A stretch of 64,000 nt of DNA from Marsupella aquatica (taxonomy: Eukaryota; Plantae; Marchantiophyta): positions 11,430,858 to 11,494,857 of the forward strand of contig OZ316895.1 in NCBI GenBank assembly GCA_973895155.1, given 5' to 3'. The translations under genes were made by a program, and so were the position numbers. Within the stretch, counting starts at the first letter, position 1, and each line of letters opens with the position of its first letter. Under the pieces are notes generated by a model. It did not search any database and had not been told where the DNA came from. It worked only from the letters and a program-made list of their open reading frames with translations. Shown one piece after another: positions 62,791-64,000 of this stretch.

Positions 62791-63087
62791 AATTTTACAG
62801 TTACGGGCCAAGCAAAGTATTATGGAGTACAAGGGCCATCGGTTTTGTGGGGCAGACTCCGGCCCAAGGTCTCTTCACTGGTGCTCAGGCTGTTTGCAAA
62901 GGAAGTCTAATGGATGCTATATTTGCCTGAGCCAAATCAAAGACTATTCCTCATCTTTGGACATCTTTGCATGCTTTTTTATGTTGGAGAGAATCCAATT
63001 GTTGGCTGAATGGAGAGGTTGCTAGAGTGGGTTTTCGGCTGACTAATTCTTTTCACCCTCCTCAAGGAATATGGCTATTTCTGATGC

Positions 63088-63462
63088 TTAGATTGTTTAT
63101 GGTGTGCCAGATACTTTGGAGTATAAGGCAGGCTAGGATTGGATAGACCTTCAACCCTGACAAAGGAGACTCTTCACTCAACTTCTGGTCTTTTCAGGCA
63201 ATTTAGATCACTTGGCTGTAACTGGAGAAGGAGACTTCTCCGCCGGCGTCTAGTCTTTCTAGACATTTTAGACCACTGAACTTGGATTGTTTATGGTGTG
63301 CTTGATACTTTGGAGTATATGGCTGACTAGGAATAAAGACCTTTACCCCTGATAGAGGGAGACTCTTCAATCAATTTTTATTCTTTTCAGGCAACTTAGA
63401 TCACTTAGCTGCTAAGGAGACTCTTTGGTCAGCGTCTAGTCTTTTAGACATTTTAGACCACT
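63088..63462. repeat. ~194-bp tandem repeat x2 (a further ~64-bp duplication lies at 63891-64000); probably TE-internal
   Basis: GATTGTTTATGGTGTG at 63091 and 63285; both units end CTAGTCTTT..AGACATTTTAGACCACT. Confidence 0.8.
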
Positions 63463-64000
63463 CAGCTGTTGTGTGAGCAGTGACAGTTCCTGATATTTGA
63501 CTAGCAGGACTTACTAGTGCTAGAGAAGTGCTTACATCAGAAAGATCCTGGCTGATTTGAGTTGGTTCATTATGGTTTAGCTGAGCACTAAAAGTTACAC
63601 ATGATTAGGATGAAAAGAATTTGAGTGCTAGGTGCTTTTGTAACCTTTAGCTGTTGACAGTCAGACTAGGAGCTTTTTAGTTGGCTGGTTTGGACTGAAC
63701 TTATGACATTATTTGGTAGGATAGGTTGACCTCCCCCTTCTGTAAGGCAGAGTATGGGTACCCAACAGACAGTGGGCTGACAGGTGCCATGTGGTGTGGT
63801 GATGTGAGACATGTTTTGATTTTGATTTGAGTTGATAAGGTTGCTCTGTTTCCAGTGGTTGTTGTGCCTTTGCTACTCTATCTTTCTTTGTGTGGTCTAC
63901 TTGTTCTTAACCCTGACATGCCTCTGGGGCCCTGCTGGTTCCCCCCATCCCTAGTGTGGTCTACTTAGTGCTTACCCCTGACATGCCACTAGGGCCCTGC

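Overview
Land-plant nuclear genomic DNA with spliceosomal introns; the lineage cannot be fixed from the sequence alone. There are three host genes: a plastid malonyl-CoA:ACP transacylase (start upstream of the window, ends 3646, +), a KOC1/KEG-like kinase (48839-53081, +) and a small basic protein (55634-55978, -). The centre is a 30.5-kb Mutator-like element (13672-44174; ~350-bp TIRs, 9-bp TSD). Its transposase catalytic core was hit twice, 90 bp apart, by CACTA elements: a 1.7-kb non-autonomous one and a 16.7-kb coding one. The large CACTA carries tnpD- and tnpA-like genes plus co-oriented cargo ORFs: a stand-alone EDM2-like triple-PHD chromatin reader, a Pol-lambda-like BRCT ORF whose stop overlaps an F-box ORF start, and two orphan ORFs. 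Most of these ORFs have a splice acceptor just upstream of the ATG. The MULE carries an RNase H1-N/viroplasmin-domain ORF and a zinc-finger-like gene with a tail built by exon duplication. Together these form a candidate transposon anti-silencing/host-manipulation toolkit; the function is inferred and several copies are pseudogenised. Also present: a fold-back Copia derivative with two outward-facing 3' LTRs inside one 5-bp TSD, solo LTRs of a related family, and MITEs. Domain calls rest on motif recognition, not database searches.
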